Of a stretch of DNA of 64,000 nucleotides, positions 37,087 through 50,060 are shown piece by piece. Position numbers and translations under genes: made by a program. Below the pieces are notes generated by a model. The model was not told where the DNA came from. It saw only the letters and a list, made by a program, of their open reading frames with translations, and made no database searches. Positions within the stretch are counted from its first letter, which is position 1. Each line of letters opens with the position of its first letter. This DNA comes from Octopus sinensis. Its lineage: Eukaryota. The stretch is from the NCBI RefSeq assembly GCF_006345805.1, contig NC_043000.1:16492001-16556000 (forward strand), read 5' to 3'.

Positions 37087-38649
37087 AATGAAACATCCCT
37101 CCAGTTCTGGAACCAGTCAAGGAATAAGAAGAGGCCAATGAGCTTACCCTTTACTATTGGACAACATGTGGATACCTTGAATTCAAAAAGGATGCCATTG
37201 TTGGTATGTTTTTAGCTCTGCCACAAATCTTAAATACTGTAGTAGAGGACTGGGAGAGGGCTCCTATATGGAAAATCCTGAAATACCATAATTTGCTTCA
37301 GCATCATCGTTTAATGTCCATTTTCCATGCTGGCATGGACAGTTAGACAGGAGCCAACCAGCTGGAGAGTTGCATGAGGCTCCAATTGTCTATGATGGCA
37401 ATCTTTCGTCTCTAGTAGACTTTTCCGTCGATATCCGTAAAAAAATTTTTTTTTTTACATATGGGTTTGCGGGAACTTTTGAAGTAATGAGAGCGAAAGA
37501 GACTAAGAGAAAGCGATTGTATGACGAGGGAAGTTCTTTTGAAGTTACCGTGCATGGGAAGCATTGATGTACATGTGTGTATGTGCGTGTGTGTGTGTGT
37601 GTGTTTGATGGGGTGTGGGAGACAGAAAGTATGTTGTGTAAGTGAAGTGCTTCTGTTAGTGTGTGTGAAGAGACAGAGAGAGTAATGTGTGAAAGAGAGA
37701 GATAACTGAAATTTTTTACTCGGTGTATGTGTATATGTATGTATGCATGTATGTGAGTGTGTGTATGTATGTATGTATGGCCGATTCAGTGTTTACATTA
37801 TTTCGAGTTAAAACGAAAGATTACCTTTGCTGTTTATGTAACGGTCTGCTATGTAGAAAATAATGAGGTTGACTCAATGGAATAATGACAGTGATCGAAG
37901 ATATAGACAAAATTTTTTTTATTTAATTGTTATACATGCCTTGTCGACTGCTACTGTGCAGCCTTAATGTCTCTGTTGATGTGACGATCAAATCAGCAAA
38001 TGCAACTTATTTAGCTGTTTTGATGAATTTAAATAGGTAAATTTTAGATGAATTTTGACTTCTGAAATCTGATTGGCTGTTGCTGTCCTTTATTGACAAC
38101 AATTTGTTCAATGAAATCTTCTGGTATTGATAGTAAAATACTGAGTAAAATTTCAAAGTTAAGTTTTAAAAATAAGTTTGAATTAAAGAGTGGATTTTAG
38201 ATCACCAACATTAATACCACACGCTGACATATTAAAAAAAAAGGACACATTAGATAATGTGATTTTCAATAAGCTGTATAAGAAAAAATATAGAATGGCC
38301 ATAACTCTAATGCATTTTTTTCATAAGTTTGCTCAAACTGAGTTGACTGGAGCTAAATAGCTAGTCAGTCATTCTGTCACAGCTAAATTCCAGAATGTAA
38401 AAACAACAAAATCATAACAATTGTAGAGCTCACTAAAAGTCCAAGTGAAGTACTCTCACACAGAAATGTACTCAAAAATTGCAAAAGTACTCATACATGA
38501 CATTACTAAGCTACATATTCTCTTGTCTAGATCACATTATGGACTCAGACCACTTACTCCTCACCAAAGTGGTCTTTAGTTGATCTTTGTACTGCACCTT
38601 TGGTTACTCAGGCAGACTTTGGCCATAGTGCAGCTGGTCATAGAATACA

Positions 38650-39110
38650 TCATCATCATCATCGTTTAACGTCGGCTTTCCATGCTAGCATGGGTTGGAC
38701 GATTTGACTGAGGTCTGGCAAACCAGATGGCTGCACCAGACTCCAGTCTGATCTGGCAGAGTTTCTACAGCTGGATGCCCTTCCTTACACCAACCACTCC
38801 AAGAGTGTAGTGGGTTTGTTTAACGTGCCACCGGCACGAGGGCCAGTCAGGCGGTACTGGCAATGGCCACACTCAAATGGTGGATCTTTATGTGCCACCT
38901 GCACAGGAGCCAGTCCAGCGGCATTGGCAATGACCTCACTCAAATGTTTTTTCATGCGCCACTAGCACAGGTGCCAGTAAGGCAATGCAGGTAATGATCA
39001 CACTCGAATAGTGTTTTTTACATGCCATCGGCACAGAGGCAAGCTTGTTGCTCTGGCAACAATCATGCTCGTATGGTACTCTTAGCGCTCCACTAGCATG
39101 GATGCCAATA
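38650..39110 (-). mobile_element. RTE-family 3' UTR end
   Basis: (ATC)n tail plus terminal module. Confidence 0.75.
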
Positions 39111-39600
39111 CCATAGGGGAAAATGCACATCAAATATGCACATTATACATCCAAGCCATGTATGAGATGTTTGGCACAGCTGTTTTGGCATCACTTACTT
39201 GACATCGCTGATTCAGTGCTGACTTACTTAACAATGTTTCTCTTATTCTTACGCACCTCTCTCTCTCTATATGTGTGAGCATATTTCTCTGAGAGTATGA
39301 GAAGAGGGAAAGTGTTCATGTCAAACACGTTTAATTAATAAATTTTAATGTCTCTCTCTCAATTATTCTTTTTGTCTGTAATATTTTTGCACACAAGTGT
39401 GTGTGTTGTCTCCAATACCAAAAAGTACTGCTTTCAAAACAGGATGAATGCACCACATCATCTCATTGCAGTCCAAGATAGTGTAAGATAATGCTTACAG
39501 TGTGAATTCAACAGAGGTTTTCTGTGAATAATATAATTTTACTGGGTGGTTGAAAGGATCTTCTGGAGCTACTAGATGTTAAAGGTCACCAAAGTCTTAA

Positions 39601-39791
39601 TCCTTTTGTTACTGTATTTATTTTGAGATATAACAAAGAATTTAGTAAAATAACTTAGTTATCATTAAGCTATTGTTAGGAGCATAAATTGTGACTAAGG
39701 TTTGGTGGAAGATTTTAATTGAAAACTTATGAAAACAAAACATTTGTACTCAGTGCCAGAGCTGGTTTCAGCCAGGTTGGCAATGAAAGGG
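39601..39791. mobile_element. piggyBac-type MITE (family 1)
   Basis: TTAA flanks at 39597 and 39792; internal match to 5300-5519. Confidence 0.8.
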
Positions 39792-40124
39792 TTAATGTGT
39801 TGGATGTATGAGGTCTATGTCATACACCAATACAGGAGAGTAGAAACATTATTCTGCTATGGAGACAAAGATGGTTGTTTTTAAAATAACTCCTTTTTTG
39901 TCTTCCAAAAGATACAGAGGCCAGTCTGAAGCAGTTTAAAACCTTCTCGTTCAGTGTGCATTAGAAATGATGAAGCATAAGTATCTGGATTGGGTAGGTG
40001 TAGCTAGTTATTGCTGTTGTACAGAGAAAGATGAGAGAAAGTGTGTAGCGACATTATAGGCCCCCAAGCAAATAACTGAAGAGGGCCCTATGGTAGTTAT
40101 TTACCGGCAGCAAACTACAGTACT

Positions 40125-40720
40125 CATCATCATCATTTAGCGTCCATTTTCCATGCTTGCATGGGTTGGATGGTTCAACTGGGGTCTGGGAGGCCAGAAG
40201 GCTGCATCAGGCCCAGTCTGATCTAGCAATGTTTCTATGGCTGGATGCCCTTCCTAACGCCAACCACTCCGTGAGTGTAGTGGGTGCTTTTTATGTGCCA
40301 GATGAGGCTGGCAAACGGCCATGGTCGGATGGTGCTTTTTACGTGCCACCGGCACGGGGGCCAGGCGGGGCTGGCAACGGCCACGATCGGATGGTGCTTC
40401 TGGCAAACGGCCACGGTTGGATGGTGCTTTTCATGTGCCACTGGCCCGGAGGCCCGTCAGGGCGGCACTGGCAACGGCCACGTTTGGATGGTTCGCTTAC
40501 GTGCCACCGGCACTGGTATCTCAGCTACAATTTCCATTGATGTTGATCGATTTCGATTCTCACTTACCTCAACAGGTCTTCACAAGTAGAGTTTTGGGTC
40601 CCAAGAAGGAAAGGTATGCATAAGTGGACTGGCTACATCCCAGGTAGAGGCCATGGTTTATAGTCTCACTTGTCCTGCCGGGTCTTCTCACGCACAGCAT
40701 ACTTCCATAGGTTTCGGTCT
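40125..40720 (-). mobile_element. RTE LINE 3' end including the last ORF codons and a single UTR module
   Basis: Minus strand reads ...TRDRNLWKYAVREKTRQDK*, matching the end of ORF 27071-27838, then one module and the (GAT)n tail. Confidence 0.85.
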
Positions 40721-41719
40721 CTAGTCAAGCATATAGATAAGAATTGGGTCTGTAGCCCTGTGAGCCTTCCCGCCCCTGGTAATTGGCCAGTATATCCATG
40801 GTTTAAGACAGCACTGGTTGTGGTGTGCAATTGACAGATGACTTAAGATTTCTGGACAATAACTGTCATTCATGCTGTGAACAGCAGCTGAAATGATGGT
40901 CCATAGCATCTCTAGAGCATGAGCTACTAGAAAACAACCACCAGCATAACTGTAATTCAATGACTTGATTGAATCTGAGCTTGGCAAGGGCCAGCAGCTA
41001 TGGAGGTCAAAAATATTTATGTTGAATAGTGACTCCTATCTGTTTTCAGCCTTGTGCATAACAGAGAAGTCATACAGATAAAGAAAATATTTAACAGTAC
41101 ATTAGTCAGTACTTATGTCTAACACTGGTTTTTATACTGAGGGACATGGATTGTTTGTTGCTGTCCAATAGCAATATAAATCATCGTCCTAGTGTGAAAC
41201 TAGCAGAAAAGTTTCACAAATTTGGACAGCAACCAAACTTTGAGAGCATCACACACAAGCTCTCCATTTACATTATCAAATGCCTTTGACAGATTCACAA
41301 ATGGAAAGATCAGATCCTGATATTACTCTTTGGAGCTCCCATGTAATGAAGATCATCATCATCACCATTTAACATCCATTGTTCATGATGGCATGGATTG
41401 GACAGTTTGACCAGGGCTGGTAAGTTGAGGGTCTGCACCAGGCTCAAGTCTGATTTGGCATGTTTTCTACAGCTGGATGCCCTTCCTAATGCCAACCACT
41501 CCAGGAGTCCAATAGGTGCTTTTGCATGCCACTGGCACAAGTGCCAGTTATGTGACACCATTATCTTCCACAATATCAAGTAATTCTTGAACCTGCCAAA
41601 AGCTGGATTGTGATCCTGGTGTAATGTCATTTTGACACTGATTTAACTAACCTTTTGAAGTTGACTTTGGTAAGGATCTTCCAAGCAATGGACAGGATTG
41701 CTATAACCCTTTTGTTATA

Positions 41720-41945
41720 TATTTCTTTACTACCCAAAAGGGGCTAAACACAGAGGGGACAAACAAGGACAGACAAAGGGATTAAGTCAATTACATTGAT
41801 CCCAGTGCGTAACTGGTACTTAATTTATCAACCCCGAAAGGATGAAAGGTAAAGTTGACCTCGGTGGAATTTGAACTCAGAACGTAACGGCAGACAAAAT
41901 ACGACTACGCATATCGCCCAGTGTGCTAACGTTTCTGCCAGCTCT
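41720..41945 (-). mobile_element. Family C (Nin/Deu-like) SINE
   Basis: Match to 6890-7130. Confidence 0.75.
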
Positions 41946-42300
41946 TAAACAGGTTTGTCTCTTTTATTTTGTAGATGGTGACAATGTTAGCATACTTCCA
42001 ATGTTGATGCACACACTCTATATTTCCCAATGTAGCAATGAACCTCTCTTGTACAGAAGTAACCACCCTCTTTCAAGATCCCTATTAGAATGTTATACAG
42101 TCAAGAAGATTTCTAGCTTTTTGATGTTCTGGCAACACGAACTTCAGTATAATTGGTAGCTCTCCAAGGCAAGCTGTCATTATGAAATGATAGTGCTTTC
42201 ATGAATTCTTCCATGACTGCATGATGTCTGGCTTAGGGGTTGGTTGAAATGTTTTCCCCAGTGATCCACTATTGAGGACTGGTCAATCAAAATAAACTTG

Positions 42301-42370
42301 CTTTCAGATGATTAGACTGATGCTGTGTAACAATTTCCAGAGCCATAAAGTTTCTATTGCATCACAGAAA
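42301..42370 (-). ncRNA. Candidate box C/D snoRNA
   Basis: Minus strand TTTC-TGTGATGC...TCTAATCAT-CTGA-AAG; 9-nt complement to the conserved 28S AUGAUUAGA. Confidence 0.35.
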
Positions 42371-43959
42371 TTGCAAGTCATACGGGTCTGCAGGCATCTG
42401 ATTTCTGAAGCTTTTGCAATTCACCCTTCATTTTTCAGCAAATGTAAGGATTGAATCTCACCTTGTAGAGTTTGCCACTGCTTTTTGTGTGTGTGCAATG
42501 AGGGATTGTTCAGAGTTGCTTTGTTGAACTTGCATATTTCATTCAGGAGTTACCAGTTGTGCTGCAGGAGTTCTCGACAAACTGTTCTTGACTTGTGTTT
42601 TTTTTAGATTTTGTCTTGAATCATATAGTTTTAGCAAAAGAATCATAAGTATAGAGCTTAAGGAAGGCCATTTTTCAAATGTAATCTCTGAGGCGAAAGC
42701 TGTCTCTGAAGCCCTGAAGCTTTTAACTTAGAGCTAGAGAATAACAAAAGCTCTTACAAATATCAGGACTGAAAAGCTTGCAGCTGTTGATCCTCTTAAA
42801 TGCTGTAAGGAGTACAAATGTTAGCATCATGGAATGCTCTATCCAATCGCCAGTTCTTTTCAATACTCATGTAGATGCAGGTGTGGCTGTGTGGTAAAAC
42901 GTTTGCTTCCCAACCACATGATATTAGTAAGGGCTTTTGTTTCTCTCTATAAGTGTATATTTCTCCACACCATAGCCAACTATTTTGTACTATAGCTTCA
43001 GGCTCCTAGAATAGACTTGTGAATGGATTTGGGAGACAGAAACAGAAAGAAGTCCATCTTATATATATGTGTATGTCTGCCACCCCTGCTTGTCAACCAG
43101 TGTTGGTATGTTTACATCCCTGTTAATTAGCAGTTTGGCAAAAGAGACAGATAGAATCAGTACAAGGCTTAAAAAAAGAATAATCACTAGGGTTGATTCA
43201 TTCAACTAAAAATTCTTCATGGCCAGTCTTATGACTGAAACAAGTAAAAGATAAAAAATAGAGACGTAAGCAGAACATCTTTCAGTCCTATCTACCAGAA
43301 AACGATGTCAATAAGATGTCAGTGTTTCAATCTTAGATCTATTTATGAAATCTTTATGTATATTATACTGAAAGTTGGTGCTGGGAAAGGTGAGGCCGTG
43401 CTCAAACGTGAAATAGTGGGTCTGCTAAGGGAAATACGAAGTGACACCAGCCGATAACTAATGGAAATTGGTGTCTCAGGCAACTTAGATCAGATAACAG
43501 ACTTCCTCACTTCGAAGTCAATGCCGTGTTGGAGATACCTATTTATGGGGTATCTTTCCCAGAAAATGCAGCCCTCACTACACCTGTTACGAGAACCCTT
43601 TTCGTGTGGTCATTTTTTTTTTCAGAGCTGTTCGATGCTGGACTCGAGTTTGTCGACAACCAGCAGTGTCCATATTATTTCGAGTTAAAAAGCCTGAGCC
43701 ATTTAATTTTGTTTCTACAACCGCTATGAAGATTATCATGACAAAAATATTCTCTTCTCAACTGTTTGAGCTGAGTGGAGGACTTTTCGGACAGCATTAA
43801 CGCACACGCACACACGTTGCATTAATAAGGGAGAACATTTTTTTTCTATAAGTAACGAATCAACAAAATGAAACCGTATATGTTTACGATATTATTTCAA
43901 AATATTTACAATATAAAAATACCCTATTAAAAAACTTTAATGATAATAAACGACTGGCA

Positions 43960-44060
43960 AATACATATAAAAACGAAACGTTTCGTTTCGAGAGTAATAG
44001 GTCTATCTTGATCACGTGGTTGTTCTTAGTGAAAACGAGGCATTCTTCCTTTTAGTCGGG
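43960..44060 (+). promoter_or_regulatory. RPS27A: RPS27A core promoter with TCT/5'-TOP initiator
   Basis: CTTCCTTTT at about 44045, E-box CACGTG at 44013-44018, 18-bp palindrome AAACGAAACGTTTCGTTT at 43971-43988, locally CpG-rich. Confidence 0.7.
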
Positions 44061-44084
44061 ATCCGCCATTGCACTACATTGCAG
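44045..44084 (+). other. RPS27A: RPS27A non-coding exon 1 (5' UTR)
   Basis: TOP tract, GATCCGCCAT motif, strong donor CAG|GTAAGA. Confidence 0.75.
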
Positions 44085-46452
44085 GTAAGATTTCTCTGAC
44101 TAAAATTGTCCTAAATGCTTGTTTAATGTTGTATATAATGTTAATTTTATGTCTATTTGTTGATTTATTCTATTGTCGACTTAGTTATGTCTCTTATAAT
44201 GTTTTTAATACGCCATATCATTCGCCAGCGAGTCCGTTAGATGATTGACTTTCTTCACGTGGAGTACTTTCTCCTCAAGCATGGATTCTCTCTGCGCGCG
44301 ATTCACTTTTGTCGTTTTAAATTTATATATTTTAATTGTAAATAGAAAGCATGTAGGTTATTTTATACTTTTAATTTTAGGATTGCGACTTAGTTACGAA
44401 GTAATAATACATTAACGTATAAGAAGTTTATCATTAAATAATTAGACGACTGCCCAGATTTCTGTCATGTACCATCTGAGAAGTAAGGACGCATTGGGTA
44501 AGATTTAAGTTCTGTGAATAGAGGCGCAGTTGTCCCAGATTGAACATTTAAAAAAATCTTAATGGAAGAAGGTACTTGTATCGCAGAGTGGTCCCGGTTT
44601 GCTACAAGTACCATGGAGGAGTACCATGGAAGAAACAACAGTCAAATTTTCCTCAGATAGCAATCTATTTTGAAAAGGACCCATTCGACGATGTATATGA
44701 GACAGGATTGTCTTGGTTGGAACGTCTTTGAGTTGGATTATATCAGTCGTAATATCGTGCTTCATATGTGGTTTTATTACTGTCGCAACTGAGAAATTTA
44801 TCAGCTCTCATGCCATGTACTATTGTTAAAATCGTACTTCCAGCAGCACATTCATTTAATTTTTTTCTATTCACGTTATATTTTTACGCATCTTACTTTT
44901 GTTAACCGGGACTGTATAAGGAACAATATAGCGAAACCTTTGTAAGTTATAAGTAAATCGTTTCTGTCCTTTTCACGATTTAAATATGGAATATAGACCA
45001 TGCCGTATAATGAGTACTAGTTTAAACAACGTTTCCGAATTTACGTAAATTGTTACTTGGCCGTTGCATGTTGCCACTAAAATTTCTTAGTAATATGAAA
45101 AACTTTCTGGCATTCTTTGTCTTTTTTCATCACAAATTGAAAATGGAAAGTTATAGGTATGGAAATTTTGATTATTTTTAGAATCAGAATTTCCATATTT
45201 TCAACTGTGGCGCCACCAAAATAAATTTCGAAAAGAAAAAAAAAAATAAAAATTGGAATTTTTTTCTCCGAAAATTGCAATAGGAAATCTGAAATTTTTT
45301 ACGAGGAAGAGTGATAAAGTGGGATGTGGTGCCTCTGCAAGAATTTTCTGCTGATAGGTCGATTGGTGATAAAATATCTTAGGTACAAATAGTACTGAAA
45401 TAATTACCCCGAAACGCTTATGCCACTAGTATTGTGTTCTCAAATTAACCAGACTCATTCTATTTCCAATATTAGAGACAGCTGGGCAGTCTAGTTTAAT
45501 ACTGAGTGTTTTTTTTTTTTATACGTACTATGGTGGCCACCACCTTAAATACAGAAGTCTCGGAGGATTGGGGTTAGTTTTTAGGGACCTCTGTTTTTAA
45601 GTAGTACTGTTTGGTGAGCTACTTAACCCGCAGGTGAAATATTTGCTGAATATTTATCTTTGTTAGAGGATTTACGTTAAGATAATAAATATATATAGGA
45701 GTTTCATGTGTCCCAACTGGGGGACACTTGAAATTTGATATGAATTAAGTTATATATTCAGATCACTGATTTTCTATCATGTTATACTGATGCAGCCATT
45801 TGGTTATTTTAGCTTTAATTTTTCTGGTAATGAATAGCCATCATTGATACGCAAGTGCTGGAAAATGGAGTGCAATATTTCCTGGATATACTGCAAGAAA
45901 GTTCCATCTTACTCTTCCTAGAAATATACGACCCTTAAGTGAACTCGAGCTATTGAACAATTAATTTCTTAAAACATTTTTCTTGACCATTTTAATAGTT
46001 TAAATGTAGATTAGGTTCTTTAAAGGTGACAAATGGAAGACCATGAAACAGATGGGTGAGAATGTATTCACACATTTTGATTTCAAAAGAACCTGAGTTT
46101 ACCTTTTTTAGTTTAGTGGATTTAGTGGAAGTGCTGTGTTTGCTCTCTTACCAATTCTTATGAAATTGTAATTAATATTCTTCTTAACTGGCTGAAAGTT
46201 GATGGATGCAAGAAAAACACTGTAGAGGTAACTGGGTATAATGATTTAGATCGAGTTTGTAGACAAATTATTCAACAAGAGCAGAAGAAATTGAATAGAA
46301 ATGTTTGTGTTGGGGGCACAATACCAGCAGTAGCCCAGTTCATTTAGCTTTGAACATTTAGAAATAAATATTGAGGACTACCTGCAGTACAGATAATATT
46401 TGTATTGAAAAGGTTATATAATTTACAAAAAAAAATGTAAATGTAGGAAATT

Positions 46453-46520
46453 ATTGCTGTGATGACCACTTGGGACACTTCTGAAGTCTGATTAGTATTA
46501 AGTTATATGTTCTGAGCAAT
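46453..46520 (+). ncRNA. Intronic box C/D snoRNA, U58/SNORD58-type guide (intron 1)
   Basis: ATTGC/GCAAT terminal stem, box C GTGATGA 46459-46465, D' CTGA 46481, D CTGA 46512; guide CTTGGGACACTT pairs 12 bp (2 G-U) with 28S AGGUGUCCUAAG. Confidence 0.8.
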
Positions 46521-47118
46521 GACATTTCCTACTTTTATTTATTTCATTGTTAGGTTTTAGCTATCAATTTTTGTAGCAATTGGTATCTGCTAGTTTTCAA
46601 TCTTAGCCTATGATAAAATGGTGTTCGATATATATGGGGACATTGCGTTGTAGGGCCAGCAAAAACAAATCTGAAGAGAAATGTAAGTAATGTCGGATAC
46701 CTAAAATTTAATAATAAAATCCTTTAAACTGGACTACAGGTTTGCATTGAGATTGCCAAATGTGATGCTTATTTAGTCGCACTGTTTTGAATTATGCATT
46801 GTAACTTTGAGATTTAGATGGAGTGATTGTTTTTGGAATAACATTGTAAGGAAGGTGTAAGAAGCTAGATCTAATTGCTTTGATCATAAAACAGGCAAGA
46901 TATTTGGGATGAATACGAATAGTGTAAAAGTCTAAAGGGTTGGAATCATTTTCTGCGGTAGTTTAAAAGCAAAGTACACACCCCATGGTTTTGCTAACCT
47001 GTTGCACTTTTTGTTCACATGCCCATTTTAGGCTGTTGCTGTTTATTACACTTATAAGAGCAGTTAGGTTTAGCTCACTCAAATTTTTAACTGTTTTATT
47101 TTGCAGTGGTTGCTAAAC

Positions 47119-47166
47119 ATGCAGATCTTCGTAAAGACCCTTACTGGCAAGACCATCACACTTGAG
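47119..47166 (+). CDS. RPS27A: RPS27A coding exon 2 (ubiquitin residues 1-16)
   Basis: MQIFVKTLTGKTITLE; acceptor TTGCAG at 47106, donor GAG|GTAAGT. Confidence 0.97.
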
Positions 47167-47565
47167 GTAAGTTACCAAAATTTAAACAGCAATAAAGGTT
47201 TGCATATAGTTGTTTGGTTAATGTGGTAACATTATGATATAGGTGGATTTGGACTTGTAGCAAGTGGAGTCTATTTCTCATTGGTAACACACAATTAGCA
47301 TTAGCTTAGTAGCCAATGTTCAAAATACAGAACTCCAAAATGTGCTGGCTTCTATTCGTGTGTAATTTTGTCACCTTTAATTTGTTACACAAATCTAGGT
47401 TTTATAAATAAATCAAATGTGTAATGTAGTCCTTGTTAGCACAATGCTCTCAGAAATGCTTTGAATATTTAGAAATAAATATTGAGGACTATCTGCAGTA
47501 CAGATAATATTTGTATTGAAAAGGTTATATAATTTACAAAAAAAAAAAGGTAAATGTAGGAAATT

Positions 47566-47635
47566 ATTGCTGTGATGACCACTTGGGACACTTCTGAAGT
47601 CTGTGATTAGTATTAAGTTATATGTTCTGAGCAAT
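47566..47635 (+). ncRNA. Second U58/SNORD58-type box C/D snoRNA (intron 2)
   Basis: Identical boxes and guide to 46453-46520, plus a 2-nt insertion. Confidence 0.78.
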
Positions 47636-48232
47636 GACATTTCCTACTTTTATTTATTTCATTGTTAGGTTTTAGCTATCAATTTTTGTAGCAATTGGTA
47701 TTTGCTAGTTTTCAATCTTAGCCTATGCTAAAATGGTGTTCAATATATATGGGGACATTGCGTTGTAGGGCCAGCAAAAACAAATCTGAAGAGAAATGTA
47801 AGTATATCAAATGTGTAATGTAGTCCGTTTGCACAATGCTTTCAGCATAAATTTTGTCTAAGATAGTTTTTAAATTTCAAAATTCAATTAGTGTATAACT
47901 AACCTCAAGTTTTGTAACTAAAACTGATCAACCATGGTGTTCTGTTTATAACAGTTCCAACATCTAAATCAAATTTACTAAGTATTTTAAATTTCAAATG
48001 TGCAAATTAGATACAAAAATATTTCAAATTTCTGTTTTACATGCTTCATTACAATTATCAGTAGTAACTCAGTTTCAATTTTTAAAAAAGTACATAAGTT
48101 GCCTATTGGTTCAAATTTGTATAGCTGAAAAGTAAGTCATTTTAGGCATCATTATGGTACATTCAGAAGTGTGGTCTGTTGAACTAACAAAAATTTTATG
48201 CGTATTCTAAGTTACATATATGTTCAGATTGT

Positions 48233-48606
48233 GGAGGGGCAATGGCCCAGTGGTTAGGGCAACGGACTCATGGTGATAGGATCGCGGTTTCGATTCCCAG
48301 ACCGGGCGTTGAGTGTTTATTGAGCGAAAACACCTAAAAGCTCCACGAGGCTCCGGCAGGGGATTGTGGTGATCCCTGCTGTACTCGTTCACCACAACTT
48401 TCTCTTACTTCCTGTTTCTGTTGTACCTGTATTTCAAGGGGCCGGCCTTGCCAATCTGTGTCACAATGAATATCCCCGAGAACTACGTTAAGGGTGCACG
48501 TGTCTGTGGAGTGCTCAGCCACTTACACATTAATTTCACGAGCAGGGTGTTCCGTTGATTCGGATCAACTGCAACCCTCATTGTCGTAACCGACGGAGTG
48601 CTTCCA
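48233..48606 (+). mobile_element. Family A SINE in RPS27A intron 2
   Basis: Full length; 11-bp TSD ATGTTCAGATT. Confidence 0.9.
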
Positions 48607-48726
48607 AATGTTCAGATTAGCATTGTTAAATGTCATACAATAAAAGGAAATTATGTTAATCTGATAAAGTAAGAAATTACTGCTATGGTAATCATTGCTA
48701 AAAAAAAAAATATTTTTTCAATGTAG

Positions 48727-48781
48727 GTCGAACCCAGTGATACTATTGAAAATGTCAAGGCAAAGATTCAAGATAAGGAGG
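48727..48781 (+). CDS. RPS27A: RPS27A coding exon 3
   Basis: VEPSDTIENVKAKIQDKE-G; AG and GT boundaries, phase 1 at the 3' end. Confidence 0.97.
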
Positions 48782-48844
48782 GTAAGTATTTAATGATTCT
48801 TTCTATATTGCAGGTGGTGTGTGTTGAAGATGGAATTTCACTAA

Positions 48845-49138
<294 letters not shown>

Positions 49139-49869
49139 TAGCAAATTGTTCATATATAACCTTCTGACTAACTCTTCGACGAAAAACAAATCTGGTCTGA
49201 ATGATTGCTAGAACCCCCAAATTAGCTTATACTGTTATCATTTCATTCTAGCACATTGATAGGTGTTTGGAAGAGCATCCAGTTGTAGAAACGATGCCAC
49301 AACAGGTAGTTGGTGTCTGGACAGCTCAATGCCAAACTGTCCAACCCGTACCAGCATGGAAAGCAGGTGTTAAGTCTGGAATTTAGTTAAAAGGTTTGAT
49401 CATGGAACCAAGGGTGGGTTGTACCTAAGTCTTCTATGGGTATGTTTAGTATCAGTATCACTTAACCTTTAAGATAAGTGCTTCACCAGAATATTGATTA
49501 AAATTTTTGCAAATAATTGCATTTTATTGTTTCAAGGCTGTTTTATTAACCCCGTGAGCTGTCTTTTTGGAGCTATTGATGTAAAATAACATATATGTCT
49601 TGAACATTTCTTGTATAGCTCAATCAGAAAGCATTTTACAATTGTCATTTTAACTTTCCCATCTAGCTGTGGCTGTTCTGGGTTTGCCAAAGTGAACCTT
49701 TTATAATTAGCAATTTGTAGTATGCAAAGTTCGAAGATTTCCAGTTTTGCTATAGAAGATGCGGACACTTTGATAGTTCTAGTGTAATTAAACATTGATT
49801 CATTGGTTATAGTTCTTGTCTATTTTAATTAACAAGGTAAAATCCCAAATTATAAGTTAACCAAATGCT

Positions 49870-50060
49870 GGTACTATTTAAGAAGAGTGGTCCTGGTGCG
49901 CGTACTCGCACATCCGCACTAGCTAGTCGGGACTAGTCAATCCTATGACTACCTAGCAAAGTAAATAAAACACAAAATTTTTTAAACAAAGTAAGGATCA
50001 ACCAGTCACGATTAGCTAGCATGAGTGCATGCACTGGGACCACTCTTCTTAAATAGTACC
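49870..50060. mobile_element. Mutator-type MITE
   Basis: 24-bp perfect TIR GGTACTATTTAAGAAGAGTGGTCC; 9-bp TSD CCAAATGCT at 49861-49869 and 50061-50069. Confidence 0.88.

Noticed and set aside
43461-43800. Short ORFs upstream of RPS27A on both strands
   Set aside because: No recognisable homology; interrupted by stops; better explained as promoter or non-coding exon sequence
45832-45962. U17/snR30-type snoRNA
   Set aside because: The conserved AUAUUCCUA and AAACCAU motifs are not present exactly; kept only as a generic structured candidate
46597-46680. Extra C/D snoRNA in the duplicated intron block
   Set aside because: The box C-like sequence is degenerate and mutated in the second copy (ATGATAA to ATGCTAA), and no rRNA complement was recognised
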